Below, one piece after another: positions 40,765-52,205 of a DNA stretch of 64,000 bases. The notes beneath the pieces were generated by a model, which worked only from the letters and a program-made list of their open reading frames with translations, ran no database searches and was not told where the DNA came from. The translations under genes were made by a program, and so were the position numbers. Source of the stretch: Nitrospiraceae bacterium (GTDB taxonomy: Bacteria; Nitrospirota; Nitrospiria; Nitrospirales; UBA2166); NCBI GenBank assembly GCA_002726235.1, contig PBSN01000008.1, forward strand, positions 606,136 to 670,135, given 5' to 3'. The number at the start of each line of letters is the position of its first letter. The first letter of the stretch is position 1.

Positions 40765-43700
40765 TCAGAACGCCACCCTTTTCGTTTCACCATTTTCAAG
40801 AAGATCGAAACAATGAGATATCCATTGCCGTGTCAGTTTTTCGTGGACCACGTTCTGCATTAAGCGTTCATGCAGACATTCAAAATCCACATGGTCCAAC
40901 TCTTGATCCTGATTAAAGCAGGAGAAAACAATCTTTTCCTTGCCACTTTCGGGATCCTCATGCCGTTGGAGACACTGGGCACAGATTTCCTTCATCATGC
41001 ACTGCATGGGGGAGTTGATGCTACCGATGGCTACATGATCTGGCTTGAAGAATTCTTCGAGCACCCCGTACCGAGCCTTGCGCACCGCATCCATCATGCG
41101 ATCTGATCCGATAACAATCATCCGGTCAACCTCATTGAGAGGGATGTCCCCCTTGCCAAGACTGCCGTCGCCATAGGCCTTGATGGATTCGATGATATTG
41201 GCCACCACGGCCTTGTCCTGAGGACGGGTGGGTTCGAATCCCGGTTCCTCGTCACAACACCAAACGATGACATCGCCTGAATTGATGATGTCCTTCACAT
41301 GGTAACGATCAGCCACTTGCTTATAGCCGGCAAAGTAGAGCACGCGGGAACCAGCATCGCGCAACGCTTGGCCAATAGAAAACAGCACCGCATTACCCAA
41401 ACCACCGCCAAGCAACATCACCGTCTCGTTCTTTGGTGTTTCCGTGGGAGCCCCTGTGGGACCCATCAGAACCACCGGCTCGCCAGGCTTAAGATGGATG
41501 CAGAGGTTAGACGATCCACCCATTTCCAGCACAATAACTGACACCAATCCCTTCTCTCGATCAACCCAAGCGCCGGTAAGAGCCAACCCTTCCATCGCCA
41601 AGGTCGTGCCATTAACCCGCAAGGCATGATTCTCATAGTTCTGCAGGCGAAAGAACTGTCCCGGCTGAAACGCCTGCGCCGCAAATGGTGCATGCAACAC
41701 CACTTCAACAATATTTGGTGTGAGGCGAACAACCTCCTTTACAGTGGCGCGCAACCCTGCATTCAATTCGGTTACCAAGTCAAGTGCCTTGATATCGGAG
41801 GGTGGGTTACGGTCAAGAACTCTCTGCACGATAGGAAATCCCTTCTTGGCACTGGCCATAGCACTCACCACGTTACCAGCAAAAGAGGGATGAAGGTCGC
41901 CAAAGAAACTGATGGAATGATTATCCTCGGTGATTTTGATGAGCGAATAGACCTTGCTCGGTTTCGCCGACCATTCAGGTTGTACCGGACTCCCCGACTC
42001 ATCCAAGGCTTGATAGTATTTGCCGTTCATCTCGGCAAAGCCGGGATGTTCGCGGGCTAGGGTTGTATTTGGCTGAGTGCCAGCAGCCACCAGAATCGCA
42101 CGAGCAGGAAGAGTCACTTCCTCGCCTGTGGATTTGGGGCGCCCATCCTCACCAATTTTCTGCCGCGCTAACCGAATGGCTTTGGTATGGCCATACTCGT
42201 CCAGCTCCACGGCCAACGGCGACAGCAATTCGGCAAACCGAATGCCCTCGTTGAGGGCATAGATAATCTCATCATGGTTGAGGGTATAGCTAGGCGAATC
42301 AATCATGCGACGACGATAGGCAATGGTGACACCACCCCACTGCTTGATAAGCTCGGCAAAATGGGGACTGCGCCCTTCCTCCTCCGCTACTTGGCGCTCT
42401 TCCCAGACAGCCATAGCATGAGCCAGGAACTCATCGGCGATCTCCGCCTCCTCTTCGGTGTAGAGGCTACGGACCATCTCTTCACCCTGCTCTTTCTTCA
42501 GAATGTTATAACGCACGCTAAATTTCTCCACTTGGCGTACGTAATAGGCCATGGCTTCCGTCGCCGAGTCGATAGCGGTCAGACCACCACCAATCACCAC
42601 CACAGGCAACCGCAGTTGCAAATTGGCGATGGTTTCCTTCTTGGCCGCACCAGTAAGCTGGAGCGCCATGAGAAAGTCAGAAGCCTGACGCACGCCACGG
42701 GCAAGACCGTTTGGCACAGAGAGATAGGTTGGCTTGCCAGCGCCAGCACACATTGCGATGTGATCAAATCCCATGGAAAAGGCAGATTCGGCAGTCATCG
42801 AACTGCCAAAACGAACGCCGCCGAACATCGTAAACAGTGACCGTCGCTCCACCAACAGGCGCAGGACCTTGAGAAAATTCTTGTCCCAGCGCACAGTGAT
42901 CCCGTATTCGGCAACACCACCAAATCCAGCCATGGCACGCTCATCAAGATTCTCATAAAGTTCGGCAATATCCTGAATTGGCTTGAAGACCACGCGTTCT
43001 CCACTAGCGGTTACGCCAGAAATTTTTGAATCCACGGGTTCAATCTTGAGACCATCTACGGCGACCACCGTATGACCTGCATTCATTAGAAAATGTCCCA
43101 GCGTGAAACCTGCAGGCCCCAGCCCTACGATTAGAACCTTGTAGCCAGTCTCTGGCAACGGCAGGGGTTGCTTAAAATTAAGCGGATTCCAGCGCGTCAG
43201 CAGGCTATAGATTTCAAATCCCCATGGCAAAGCCAAAGTATCCTTGACGATCCTAGTCTCCACTTGCGGAATTTCAACCGGCTCCTGCTTCTGGAAGATA
43301 CAGGCCTTGGAACACTCGTTACAGATACGATGGCCAGTACCAGCCACCAAGGGATTGTCCACGGCAATAATGGCCAGGGCGGCCAAAGTATATCCATCTA
43401 CCTTGACCTTATGCATCTCAGAAATTCGCTCGTCGAGAGGACAGCCAATAAGGGAAACTCCCAGGGGATTGTCCATGAAAGAACCAGTTTTCTTATCTCG
43501 GAACCCAGTGGAACAAGAATCACGCTCACGATCATGACAAAGGACGCAATAAGTGGCATGATCATACGCGCCAATGAAATCCATACCGTCATCGGTCAGC
43601 GAAAACCCATCACGGCGATAGAGGGGTTTGTCCTCAGGCTGTTTCATCGAGATGACGCCGTTTGCTTCCTCCGTGGACGTGGGCACAAGATTAAAATGAT

Positions 43701-44277
43701 CAACTTTTCGAATGAGGTGAAATAACACATTCTTCCCGTGACGTTTACGCCCAGCCTTTGTATGCCCCGCCCAAGCGGCATAGCGTTCGGCTAGATCGAT
43801 AGCGACAACGTTGGCCTCTTCGTCATCAAGCCACTCAAGAACATGCCTAGCAAAGGTTAGTTGATCTAAAGCACTGCCAAACCTTTCGGTCAATGCCTTC
43901 TCAAGCGCTGCCCCGTCAAACCCTTCCGCGTCTTCCGCTGAATGTGCCTTGGCGGCACGGCGCTGAATGAACTGTCGTTTGCATATCCGGATCGGAGCCA
44001 ACTCATTATCTCGTTCGGATAGTGCACGTAGGGACTGACCGATAGAAAAAAGGTTGCCAAGGAAATCCTCGAGATAGGGTGCAATGGCCACTAACAGGTT
44101 AGATTCATCGAGACGCTCTAGTTTGTCAGGCGCAGCGCGTGCCACCAACAGTTGGTCACACAATTCCTCATCCGATTCCCCGAGGTATTTAAGAAACAGA
44201 TCATCAATTCGCTTGAGCCCTTCAAGATCATAAAGATCTTCAAAAGCTAAATCGTAGCCCAGTAATATTTTAGTCAT
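40765..44277 (-). CDS. Large Fe-S flavoprotein: GltD/NfnB-like module fused to PyrK/NfnA-like FNR module
   Basis: CVLCHxxxxDSC, GCPLDERISE, TGHRICNECSKAC, GLGPAG, GGGLTAID, PGQFFRLQ, GPTG, GGGLG, C-terminal MQCMMKEICAQC...FSC. Confidence 0.85.
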   Translation of the reverse strand: MTKILLGYDLAFEDLYDLEGLKRIDDLFLKYLGESDEELCDQLLVARAAPDKLERLDESNLLVAIAPYLEDFLGNLFSIGQSLRALSERDNELAPIRICKRQFIQRRAAKAHSAEDAEGFDGAALEKALTERFGSALDQLTFARHVLEWLDDEEANVVAIDLAERYAAWAGHTKAGRKRHGKNVLFHLIRKVDHFNLVPTSTEEANGVISMKQPEDKPLYRRDGFSLTDDGMDFIGAYDHATYCVLCHDRERDSCSTGFRDKKTGSFMDNPLGVSLIGCPLDERISEMHKVKVDGYTLAALAIIAVDNPLVAGTGHRICNECSKACIFQKQEPVEIPQVETRIVKDTLALPWGFEIYSLLTRWNPLNFKQPLPLPETGYKVLIVGLGPAGFTLGHFLMNAGHTVVAVDGLKIEPVDSKISGVTASGERVVFKPIQDIAELYENLDERAMAGFGGVAEYGITVRWDKNFLKVLRLLVERRSLFTMFGGVRFGSSMTAESAFSMGFDHIAMCAGAGKPTYLSVPNGLARGVRQASDFLMALQLTGAAKKETIANLQLRLPVVVIGGGLTAIDSATEAMAYYVRQVEKFSVRYNILKKEQGEEMVRSLYTEEEAEIADEFLAHAMAVWEERQVAEEEGRSPHFAELIKQWGGVTIAYRRRMIDSPSYTLNHDEIIYALNEGIRFAELLSPLAVELDEYGHTKAIRLARQKIGEDGRPKSTGEEVTLPARAILVAAGTQPNTTLAREHPGFAEMNGKYYQALDESGSPVQPEWSAKPSKVYSLIKITEDNHSISFFGDLHPSFAGNVVSAMASAKKGFPIVQRVLDRNPPSDIKALDLVTELNAGLRATVKEVVRLTPNIVEVVLHAPFAAQAFQPGQFFRLQNYENHALRVNGTTLAMEGLALTGAWVDREKGLVSVIVLEMGGSSNLCIHLKPGEPVVLMGPTGAPTETPKNETVMLLGGGLGNAVLFSIGQALRDAGSRVLYFAGYKQVADRYHVKDIINSGDVIVWCCDEEPGFEPTRPQDKAVVANIIESIKAYGDGSLGKGDIPLNEVDRMIVIGSDRMMDAVRKARYGVLEEFFKPDHVAIGSINSPMQCMMKEICAQCLQRHEDPESGKEKIVFSCFNQDQELDHVDFECLHERLMQNVVHEKLTRQWISHCFDLLENGETKRVAF

Positions 44278-45003
44278 GGTTATGTCTTCTTGTTTCCCCA
44301 CGTATCGTTTCCTCATTATTTCTGCTCTTGGTGCAAAGCTTCTTCTCGTCATAGCTCATAGCGGTCCAATCATGCTCATACCCTGTATTAAGCTTTACCG
44401 AAAGATCCTTAATGATCTGCTAGTGGCACTTTTGATTCAAAACACCCATTGCCATCCTTCAGTCAATCATATAAGCAACTGATTCCAGAGAATCATACAT
44501 CGTCAATTCGAACTGTATCGTTAGTATTGACACTTGATTGTCCCCATCGCTTTTCTACCGACCCTATAATCATGGACAAATCGGCGCAACATGATAGCAT
44601 GAACGATCAAACATGCCATGAAAAGAATGGCGCAAGTTTAGCCAACAAACAAATGTGCCCCTGCCGATGAGATGCCCCCTCACCGAGGGCCAAACGATAA
44701 ACATTCTTGGACAACGGGAAGTAGAGCAACAATGCTACTCATCTTCAGCAAATGTACTTGTTCCATAATTTTGTCCACGCAATGGGTTTTGCAAATAAAC
44801 ATTACAGATGGCGCAGAGGAGAAAGGACATCACCCCATTCCACGTACCAGCTAGAAAAAATGCACCGCTGATTTTTAAACGCACAACATCGACGGAGTGA
44901 CTGAAAGCGTTGTTTTGTGACAGCGTGCTCTGACCTCACATCGAAGCCATGAAATCCGCGGCTAAAGGCTCCCAATGACCAAGCCCGCACACTGTGAGAA
45001 ACC

Positions 45004-46215
45004 CTATAAATTTGAGGGAATGTCAGGTGCCTGACAAAACAAGGCGACACTTGCGGCATATCCGTGCAGAAAGTTCATACTTCCAACGAGACCTATTTCT
45101 CCTGCAGCAAAAAAACCCCCAACCGGAACATCGCCAATGCGCTCACGAAGACTACTCACATCATGATGTGGCCGACCGAAAAACCGTTGCCCACGTCCAG
45201 TACAGCTAAACAAAAGCGCCCCATTAACCTCGATACCAGAAAGCTGTCCCTTAACACCCGCAAGGAGCAGGTTCAGATCTTCGCTTGCAGTTTTTTCATC
45301 TCGAAGATGGAACTGCACGGTCTGGCCTTCCTTCACCACATCTCCAAGTGAGATGCTACCGGACGGCCGATCAACACCAACTAGTCCTCGGATAAGAAAA
45401 TCACCCCGTCCAAGTTCCTGTTTATATTCATCCATGGCATACCCCACCATAGTCTTCGTTCGCGCCTGCTGTTGATCGTGTTGATTCAGACCTTCAAATA
45501 ATTCCTGAAGACGGTCTAATGCTGAGCTTCCGCCTAATTCATGAATCATATTGCCTTTGGCCTTGGTAATGATAAAGCGTTCTCCAATTGGTCGACATCC
45601 TTGCGATACCACAGTACAAATCTTCACTGCACCCATCATGGTAACTCCTACGGTGCCCGAGGTCACAACGTGATCATTAAACAGAAGCCTGTTCTTGCCA
45701 GGGGCATGTCCACTACTAACCATCCCTCCAACCGCCGGCGCACCAGGGAAGCGATTGCTCAAAAACGTGAAGAGCTCTGTTGCAGGCGTCGAGTACGGAT
45801 CGGCAAATAAAATCGTCGTCGGAGAGTCAGATGACCGATCATACCCCGGCATCTCTTTCGGCCACCCCGCGACAGTGACACGATCGCTTTTCCGCTCAAA
45901 GGTAAGGTGAAAGGGAACGAGATGTGTCCGAGGCAAATGGGCTAACCAGAGACACATCCCAGGCGTTGTTTCAATCTCTTTGGCTCCACCAATGATACCG
46001 TGGCAAGAACACCCGAGCAAAACCTGAGGATTCAATCGGTTCCGCAGATAAGGCACGACATCAGCAATATGTTCCGCATGATGATTAGAAAAAAACAGAA
46101 GCGCTAGATCAGCCGATGTACCACTGAGACTTTCTGCGGCCTTCTCACACAAGTCCACCATGGCTGCCCGAGTTTCAGCTTCCAAGGAAACGGCTACCGC
46201 GCACTGCATTTTCAT
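45004..46215 (-). CDS. FIST domain protein
   Basis: LLGCS, ADP, VSQGCRPIG, FLIRG, VQFHLRD, LLFSCTGRG, GFFAAGEIG. Confidence 0.88.
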   Translation of the reverse strand: MKMQCAVAVSLEAETRAAMVDLCEKAAESLSGTSADLALLFFSNHHAEHIADVVPYLRNRLNPQVLLGCSCHGIIGGAKEIETTPGMCLWLAHLPRTHLVPFHLTFERKSDRVTVAGWPKEMPGYDRSSDSPTTILFADPYSTPATELFTFLSNRFPGAPAVGGMVSSGHAPGKNRLLFNDHVVTSGTVGVTMMGAVKICTVVSQGCRPIGERFIITKAKGNMIHELGGSSALDRLQELFEGLNQHDQQQARTKTMVGYAMDEYKQELGRGDFLIRGLVGVDRPSGSISLGDVVKEGQTVQFHLRDEKTASEDLNLLLAGVKGQLSGIEVNGALLFSCTGRGQRFFGRPHHDVSSLRERIGDVPVGGFFAAGEIGLVGSMNFLHGYAASVALFCQAPDIPSNL

Positions 46216-46308
46216 ATTTGGATTGATCCCTTCACCCATCCAGCACATTCCCTTCGTGTACTATACCCATACCAAAAAACTATCTTGATTCGACCTCGCA
46301 TTTGTCTC

Positions 46309-47331
46309 TCACACAGCCATCAGATCGATTACAACTTTTCCAATATGTTGTTGGGATCGCAAATATTCATAGGCCTGTACCGTATGATTAAATGAGAATA
46401 CACGCGAAAGGTGTGGCCGAATCTTCGCCACATCATACGCATACACTACTGCGCGTAATTCCTCCGTTGATTCCATCAAAATTCCGCGCACTGTGACCTG
46501 ACGTCTGAGAAGATCACGAACATTGATCATGCTTTTCACACCATCGAGTACGCCAACTAAACTCACCCGGCCCCCATATGCACACGATTGAATTGATAGC
46601 CCAAGTGACCGTCCACCTGCGACCTCGACAACAACATCCGCACCACGACCCCCTGTAATGTCCACAACTCGCTGTGACCAGCCGTGCTGCCGATAGTCAA
46701 TCACTTCAGTGACGCCAAATTCGCGCTTCGCAATTTCAGCCTTCGCCTCACTCGAGGTACTCAAGATTGAACGCGCCCCGACCATGCGGACGATTTGAAG
46801 AGCAAAGATCGAGACACCACCCGTCCCATGAACCAACACCCAATCACTAGGCTTTGCCTTCCCATGCGTCACAACCGCAGCCCACGCGGTTAAACCTGCA
46901 ATCGTGAAGGTAGCCCCCTCACAAAAGGTCAAATGCTCTGGCACATTCACCAGCGCAGCTGAAGGATAGATGATCTGTTGCGCAAGCACACCATCAACCC
47001 CGTTGCCTCCTACAAACGTCTTTACCCATTTATTATTCATCGTTCCCGCTGGCCAGCACCGAAATGGCGCATTCAACACTCGATCACCCGCCTTCACCTC
47101 TGTAACGTCTGGACCAACCTCAACCACCTCCCCCGCCATATCCGAACAAGCAACGATCGGCGGATTCTGCTCACCTCCATAGCGTCCATCGGCAACCATA
47201 AGGTCACGATAATTCAAGGAGACAGCACGCACATCCACAAGAACCTCCCCTCGTCGAGGAGCTCCGGGAGGGTGAGACTCTTCGCGCTGAAGACCATCAA
47301 GGCCCTTCCCATTAACCGTGTAACGTTTCAT
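46309..47331 (-). CDS. MDR-family NAD(P)-dependent oxidoreductase
   Basis: AVSLNYRD, SDMAGEV, AGLTAW, GTGGVS, HIGKVVI. Confidence 0.88.
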   Translation of the reverse strand: MKRYTVNGKGLDGLQREESHPPGAPRRGEVLVDVRAVSLNYRDLMVADGRYGGEQNPPIVACSDMAGEVVEVGPDVTEVKAGDRVLNAPFRCWPAGTMNNKWVKTFVGGNGVDGVLAQQIIYPSAALVNVPEHLTFCEGATFTIAGLTAWAAVVTHGKAKPSDWVLVHGTGGVSIFALQIVRMVGARSILSTSSEAKAEIAKREFGVTEVIDYRQHGWSQRVVDITGGRGADVVVEVAGGRSLGLSIQSCAYGGRVSLVGVLDGVKSMINVRDLLRRQVTVRGILMESTEELRAVVYAYDVAKIRPHLSRVFSFNHTVQAYEYLRSQQHIGKVVIDLMAV

Positions 47332-47472
47332 GCCTAGGTATTCATTTCCATTCCTTAATCATGTTAGGCATCACAGTAGAACAGGGAGCACCAATTACAC
47401 TACCATTTTCCAAGAAAAATCTATTCGTAGAAAATCCCGTCTCGATGAGTCACGGTGTACACAACACCCAAC

Positions 47473-49071
47473 TCAGTCAGCAAATCGATAGATCGCTATC
47501 TCAAATCCAGTAATCTTAATAAGATCATCGGTATATCCAGTAATCCGATTGGACGTCATGTCCAGCAGAGACATAGCCTGTTCTCCGTGTTGAATCAGCA
47601 CATATGCGGCTTTTCCCGTCGCATCAAAGATAAAACCTGTGGGCTCGGCATGTGGATCAGCTACTGACAGCACTGAAACACATCCATCAGACTTGAGATC
47701 TCGATCACGACCGTCAGGGAGACAAGCGAAAACCTCACCAAACTTTGCATCCTCGGTCACATACATCGTGCCTGTGATGGGTTGAAACGCGATATTGTCA
47801 TGAGCGTTAAACCGACGATCTCCTTCGGCAAATCGATTGATTGTTACCGTAGATACACTCTCCTTGCTCATCCCTCCGCTCGCAAGATAGCGAAAACCAG
47901 TCCTCAGATCCGTAAAATGTGTCGATGTATCCGAATAAGGCACATGGTCAACTCCACAGATGATCTCACCATAATGCCCGGCATTCAATCGTCCGGTATT
48001 AGCCCAACAAAAACGAACACCTTTTCCAATATACGTTGGATCACGATGCAAGTCCTCGGGACGATAATACCCCGTGCCTCCGTTGCGGTTTGCATCCTGC
48101 CTCGCGGTGCGCGCAGCAACATTCACCCATGTACCAACACCAACCTCACACCCCTGTCCAAACTGCGGAAAGTTTGAATGCGCAACCTCGACACAAGACA
48201 CCGTCAGCGCGTACGTGGACCCTGATATCAAAGGTGAATCTTCAAGAGTTGCAATCGGCCTCTTGTCTACACGAGGATGTGTTGGAATGAACTTGAAAAT
48301 CGACCCCCCATCAGTGTCCAAACTTCCCGATCCCGGCCGCAACTCATCCCCAAAAATAATTACGCCACTCGGAAGAACAGTAAATCCCTCCCAGGCTAAG
48401 GTTGGAAGCGCAACACGTTGAACAACCATGCTGCTGATCTGTTCGCTATCAATCGCCTTGCGAATATCACCCATCGTTCGGTCTGCAATCCAATGACCCG
48501 TTGTATTGAGAAGATCGATAATCTCATACGCACGTCCATCATCTGCTTCTTCGGTGACAAGCACAGTCCCCCAACCTGTCGTTCGAATCCCATCACACTG
48601 GTGCATTCCATACAAAATCGTTTCTACCATCCCATCCGAAAGAGTGACGCGTTGTACCGATGAATTGGCCCCATTATGACCACGAGGAGTCACTCCTGAG
48701 CGTTTCTGTTCGATACAAATCAATAAATGGCTCGGATGATCAACCGTAGGCCAAAAGGTGATCATGTCACCCATCGATGCGATATTGCGTGCCACAAATT
48801 CAGCCTGAAGTCCTTTAGCAAGTTTCACCCGTTGGGACGCAATAGCAGCAGCTCGCGGCACAAACTCAGCATCGCTAGCGGGCGCCTCAAGAGGCTGCAG
48901 AATACCGAAAAGCTGCTGGGATCTCTGGGTAAGGTGTCGCTCAAACTCTAAGCCAATGTCATGAGTAGTCATTCGCGTTTTACCAGAACCTGCCTCCGCC
49001 ATAGAGGGTCCAATACATACAATACTCACGCAGAACACAATGACTCTCGGAACCCATTTCCCCTTTCTCAT
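47473..49071 (-). CDS. Exported PhoX/DUF839-like beta-propeller protein
   Basis: Signal peptide; WGTVLVTEE, AWEG, RPED, HDNIAF, EPTGFIF. Confidence 0.7.
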   Translation of the reverse strand: MRKGKWVPRVIVFCVSIVCIGPSMAEAGSGKTRMTTHDIGLEFERHLTQRSQQLFGILQPLEAPASDAEFVPRAAAIASQRVKLAKGLQAEFVARNIASMGDMITFWPTVDHPSHLLICIEQKRSGVTPRGHNGANSSVQRVTLSDGMVETILYGMHQCDGIRTTGWGTVLVTEEADDGRAYEIIDLLNTTGHWIADRTMGDIRKAIDSEQISSMVVQRVALPTLAWEGFTVLPSGVIIFGDELRPGSGSLDTDGGSIFKFIPTHPRVDKRPIATLEDSPLISGSTYALTVSCVEVAHSNFPQFGQGCEVGVGTWVNVAARTARQDANRNGGTGYYRPEDLHRDPTYIGKGVRFCWANTGRLNAGHYGEIICGVDHVPYSDTSTHFTDLRTGFRYLASGGMSKESVSTVTINRFAEGDRRFNAHDNIAFQPITGTMYVTEDAKFGEVFACLPDGRDRDLKSDGCVSVLSVADPHAEPTGFIFDATGKAAYVLIQHGEQAMSLLDMTSNRITGYTDDLIKITGFEIAIYRFAD

Positions 49072-49710
49072 GTAGGACAATACCTGTTGGATTTTGTGTG
49101 AGGATAGAGCAAGACAGTGTGCTCTTTATAATACTGGCAAGCAATATCTTGATGAAAGCATTTGTTGGAACACCTCACACAATGAGGAAGCCATGCCGTC
49201 CACGATTCATGCAAATGTATGACAACACCAGCGATTTGGAAAGAAGCCTAAGCGTCGGCTCAACCACAGCAAAAATTGCGTCACAGCTTGCTATGGCTCT
49301 TATGTACACCATTTTCCTGTGGCACCACATGAGAATATGCCCAATCTCTCCCACTGCCAGCACACCCGACAAACCAGTCTGCCACCAAATGCAAGAATAC
49401 TCTGGGGTAGAAGCGCGAAAAACACCCCTGCTACCAGAGGGAACCAAAAAAAAACCTATGAGCCCATTAATCCAACCCATCGAGGAAGGAAGATAGTGAA
49501 ACTAAGACTGGATATCAAGTCGAATAATAGTCAATCATTCCTAAACCAACACCCCACTCTGCAAGGATAATGGGGTATCTTCACAACTCCCCGATCAGGA
49601 GGACACTACTACTCCAAGTGCTGACTGAAAGATGAGGAGTATTATATTACCGTGAGGCACTACAAATAAAGGCCGCACAGATGCCATCACTCCTTTAGAA
49701 GTAGGAAATT

Positions 49711-50385
49711 CTATAGGACAATGAACGAAATGTTTGAATCAAAATGAAATTTTTCGATTTTTACTTGGCTTAATCCTTTCATCTCCTCGATTAGTGCAAC
49801 TGTTTCTCCGGGCCACCCATCGTTATTAATTTCGTCAAATGCTAGAACGCTACCTCTTGGCATTCTAGGCAAAAAAGTATTAAGCGCTATTTTCGTTGGC
49901 TCATATACGTCAAAATCAAGAAATAATAGTGAAATAATTAAGTGTTTATTTCCATCAAGATAATTTGGAATCGTTTGTATTGCATCTCCTTTAATTAGCT
50001 CTATTTTTGAAACATGATTAAGATATCGTTCTTCATTAAAATCTTTGATTCCTTTCAAAATACTATCATATGCTGATGCAGAGGATTTAAATGCACCTTT
50101 CTTTAAGTTAGGGTTAATGCTCGTCCCTTTATCTTTATCATTTATGTGGGGAAATCCTTCGAAAGTGTCAAAACCTATAACTTTTCTTTTTATACCATAA
50201 GGTTCAAATATTTCAGATAATTTTGCCCAGGCAAATATCCCACCACCATTCCAAACACCACATTCAATAATTGATCCTTCAATATCTAATATTCTTTTGA
50301 ATAACTCATAGCGAGCAATGAAACGAGCCATATGCCTTCTGTGTATGAATAATTCGAAATTTTTAATTTTTTCATCCATCCTCAT
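49711..50385 (-). CDS. TylF/MycF/NovP-related O-methyltransferase
   Basis: GSIIECGVWNG, GFDTFEGFP, LIKGD, LFLDFDVYEPTK, FDE, WPGET; strongly AT-rich. Confidence 0.85.
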   Translation of the reverse strand: MRMDEKIKNFELFIHRRHMARFIARYELFKRILDIEGSIIECGVWNGGGIFAWAKLSEIFEPYGIKRKVIGFDTFEGFPHINDKDKGTSINPNLKKGAFKSSASAYDSILKGIKDFNEERYLNHVSKIELIKGDAIQTIPNYLDGNKHLIISLLFLDFDVYEPTKIALNTFLPRMPRGSVLAFDEINNDGWPGETVALIEEMKGLSQVKIEKFHFDSNISFIVL

Positions 50386-51668
50386 ATCGCTATCCTTCTT
50401 TTAGTAGTTCAATAACGCTATTTGTATCCCCCATCGCATTTGCCCATTATAGTAGAATGGTAAGGGAGATGCTTCACGTACAACACAAGCTGTAGCGTAC
50501 TACATCTCCTCGTATCATCCTCAAGTGTGATCGGTGTCTTTCTAGATGAAATGCTTGGGGAAATTTCGCATAGGCCGTGAAGAGCTATACTCCATGCAAC
50601 ATAGCGTAGTTCCTAAAAATTACACCAAACAAAATTGTTCCCTCCCATCTTCTAATGTAATCTGCCTAACTATTGCAGGTGACTAATATTTAGGCAATTC
50701 GCTAAAACAGCCTCCAGATATATCAGAACTCGGCCACGTCCACACAGTTATCCATGACCATCTGTTGATAACGCAATTCATGTCAGAAATACCGATCACT
50801 CAACTGACTGTATCCATACGCACATAAGATGGTGAAAATGATTTTTTCAAGTACTGTATTGAAATGAGACCATGAAGGTTCATGCCTCGAATGTCCGTAA
50901 GTTTTACGGATTGCACACAGCAAACACCGGATCAAGCGCAAATGGCGTGATTTTTTTAATAATTCACACCTTGCCAACAAAGCCACAAAGCGCGTTTTTA
51001 GCGGAAAATTCAATAAAATAATGAAATCGCTGGTTAGCGACATAAACGTCGTAGTAGTGACAGATAGAAATTGCCTTTTGGAGACAACAATCAAGGCCCA
51101 GTGTGTAATTCCGAGGGTGAGGTTCGGCATCTGATAAACTACCTCAGAGAACCTATCTGGCAGGCTATATTCATAATGATCGCGCTCATGGATAGCCTCG
51201 AAACCGAACTCAGGATGACATGTTCCGTTGTGATGAGCCCTCATAGCACAATTTCTCCAGCACCCGAAAACATCACGAATGCAAACTTGCCCACTGTTGG
51301 TGTCCATTGGATTAACCATGCTCTTGGCAATGCGTTGAGGCAAGACATCCGCTGGCAGGAAAATCTCTCCCTCTGCTCATGCGTATATGCCAAACAGTGA
51401 ATATCTATCACACCGCAATCCTGTCTACTTTTTTCTTGCAGTTTCAGTATAATGTGGTGCCGTGGGGAAGGCGGACGAATGTCAGAACGAGTGGGGAACA
51501 TGATGCATTCACGTACCATTCAGGGTGTACCGGCAGACACCACCAAGGAACCTTGATCAACTGCCAATGCACAGCGCGCCATCATGGCGGCACTTCACCC
51601 ATCAATGGGTGTTTCGAGAGACTTTCCATTGGACCCGAAATACCTTACCCCGAAAATCGGAACCGACG

Positions 51669-52088
51669 ATGAGACAACGCGACTACGTCTTATTGATCCT
51701 GCTCATGACAATTGTGACAGGGTGCGCGAACATCACAAGTTATCACACACGCGCTGACGCACTGCATGATTTAGGCACAATCGTTGTCATGCACACCGTT
51801 GGGGACGTCCAACATTTAGAAACACAGATCCGTGAGGGCCTTCAGCAGCGAGGATTCAACGCTGTCACCGGTAACGACACCACCACCCCTGATGCCGACA
51901 CTCTTGTATATTATGTCCCCTATTGGGTTGAGGGAGCACATGACCACACGTTACATCTTCACGTCCACGATGCACACACACAGCAACTCCTCGCCTCAGC
52001 AACATCTTCGCAATCATTGTTTAAAAGTAAAAATCTCAAGAGGATCGTGCAGAAGATGCTCGATAAACTGTTTTTCCACGACAACTAG
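51669..52088 (+). CDS. Small hypothetical lipoprotein
   Basis: MRQRDYVLLILLMTIVTGC lipobox. Confidence 0.65.
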   Translation: MRQRDYVLLILLMTIVTGCANITSYHTRADALHDLGTIVVMHTVGDVQHLETQIREGLQQRGFNAVTGNDTTTPDADTLVYYVPYWVEGAHDHTLHLHVHDAHTQQLLASATSSQSLFKSKNLKRIVQKMLDKLFFHDN

Positions 52089-52205
52089 GCCATCCTTCCG
52101 TGAAGAAGCCGTGGGCCGATAAAGAAGATGATTTCCGCGCTACACACCTTCCTGTAGTGTGTAGGCAACATACTCATCTATCCAACCTCCAATCGACACA
52201 CTCAA

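Noticed and set aside
40765..44277. Ordinary glutamate synthase small subunit gltD
   Set aside because: More than twice the usual length, with an extra FNR/[2Fe-2S] module and no gltB nearby
49098..49570. Short overlapping ORFs here and at 38521-38841, 44449-45059, 50783-51343, 55759-56512, 59209-59659 and 63498-63925
   Set aside because: No recognisable motifs or convincing RBS; treated as spurious or unresolvable remnants
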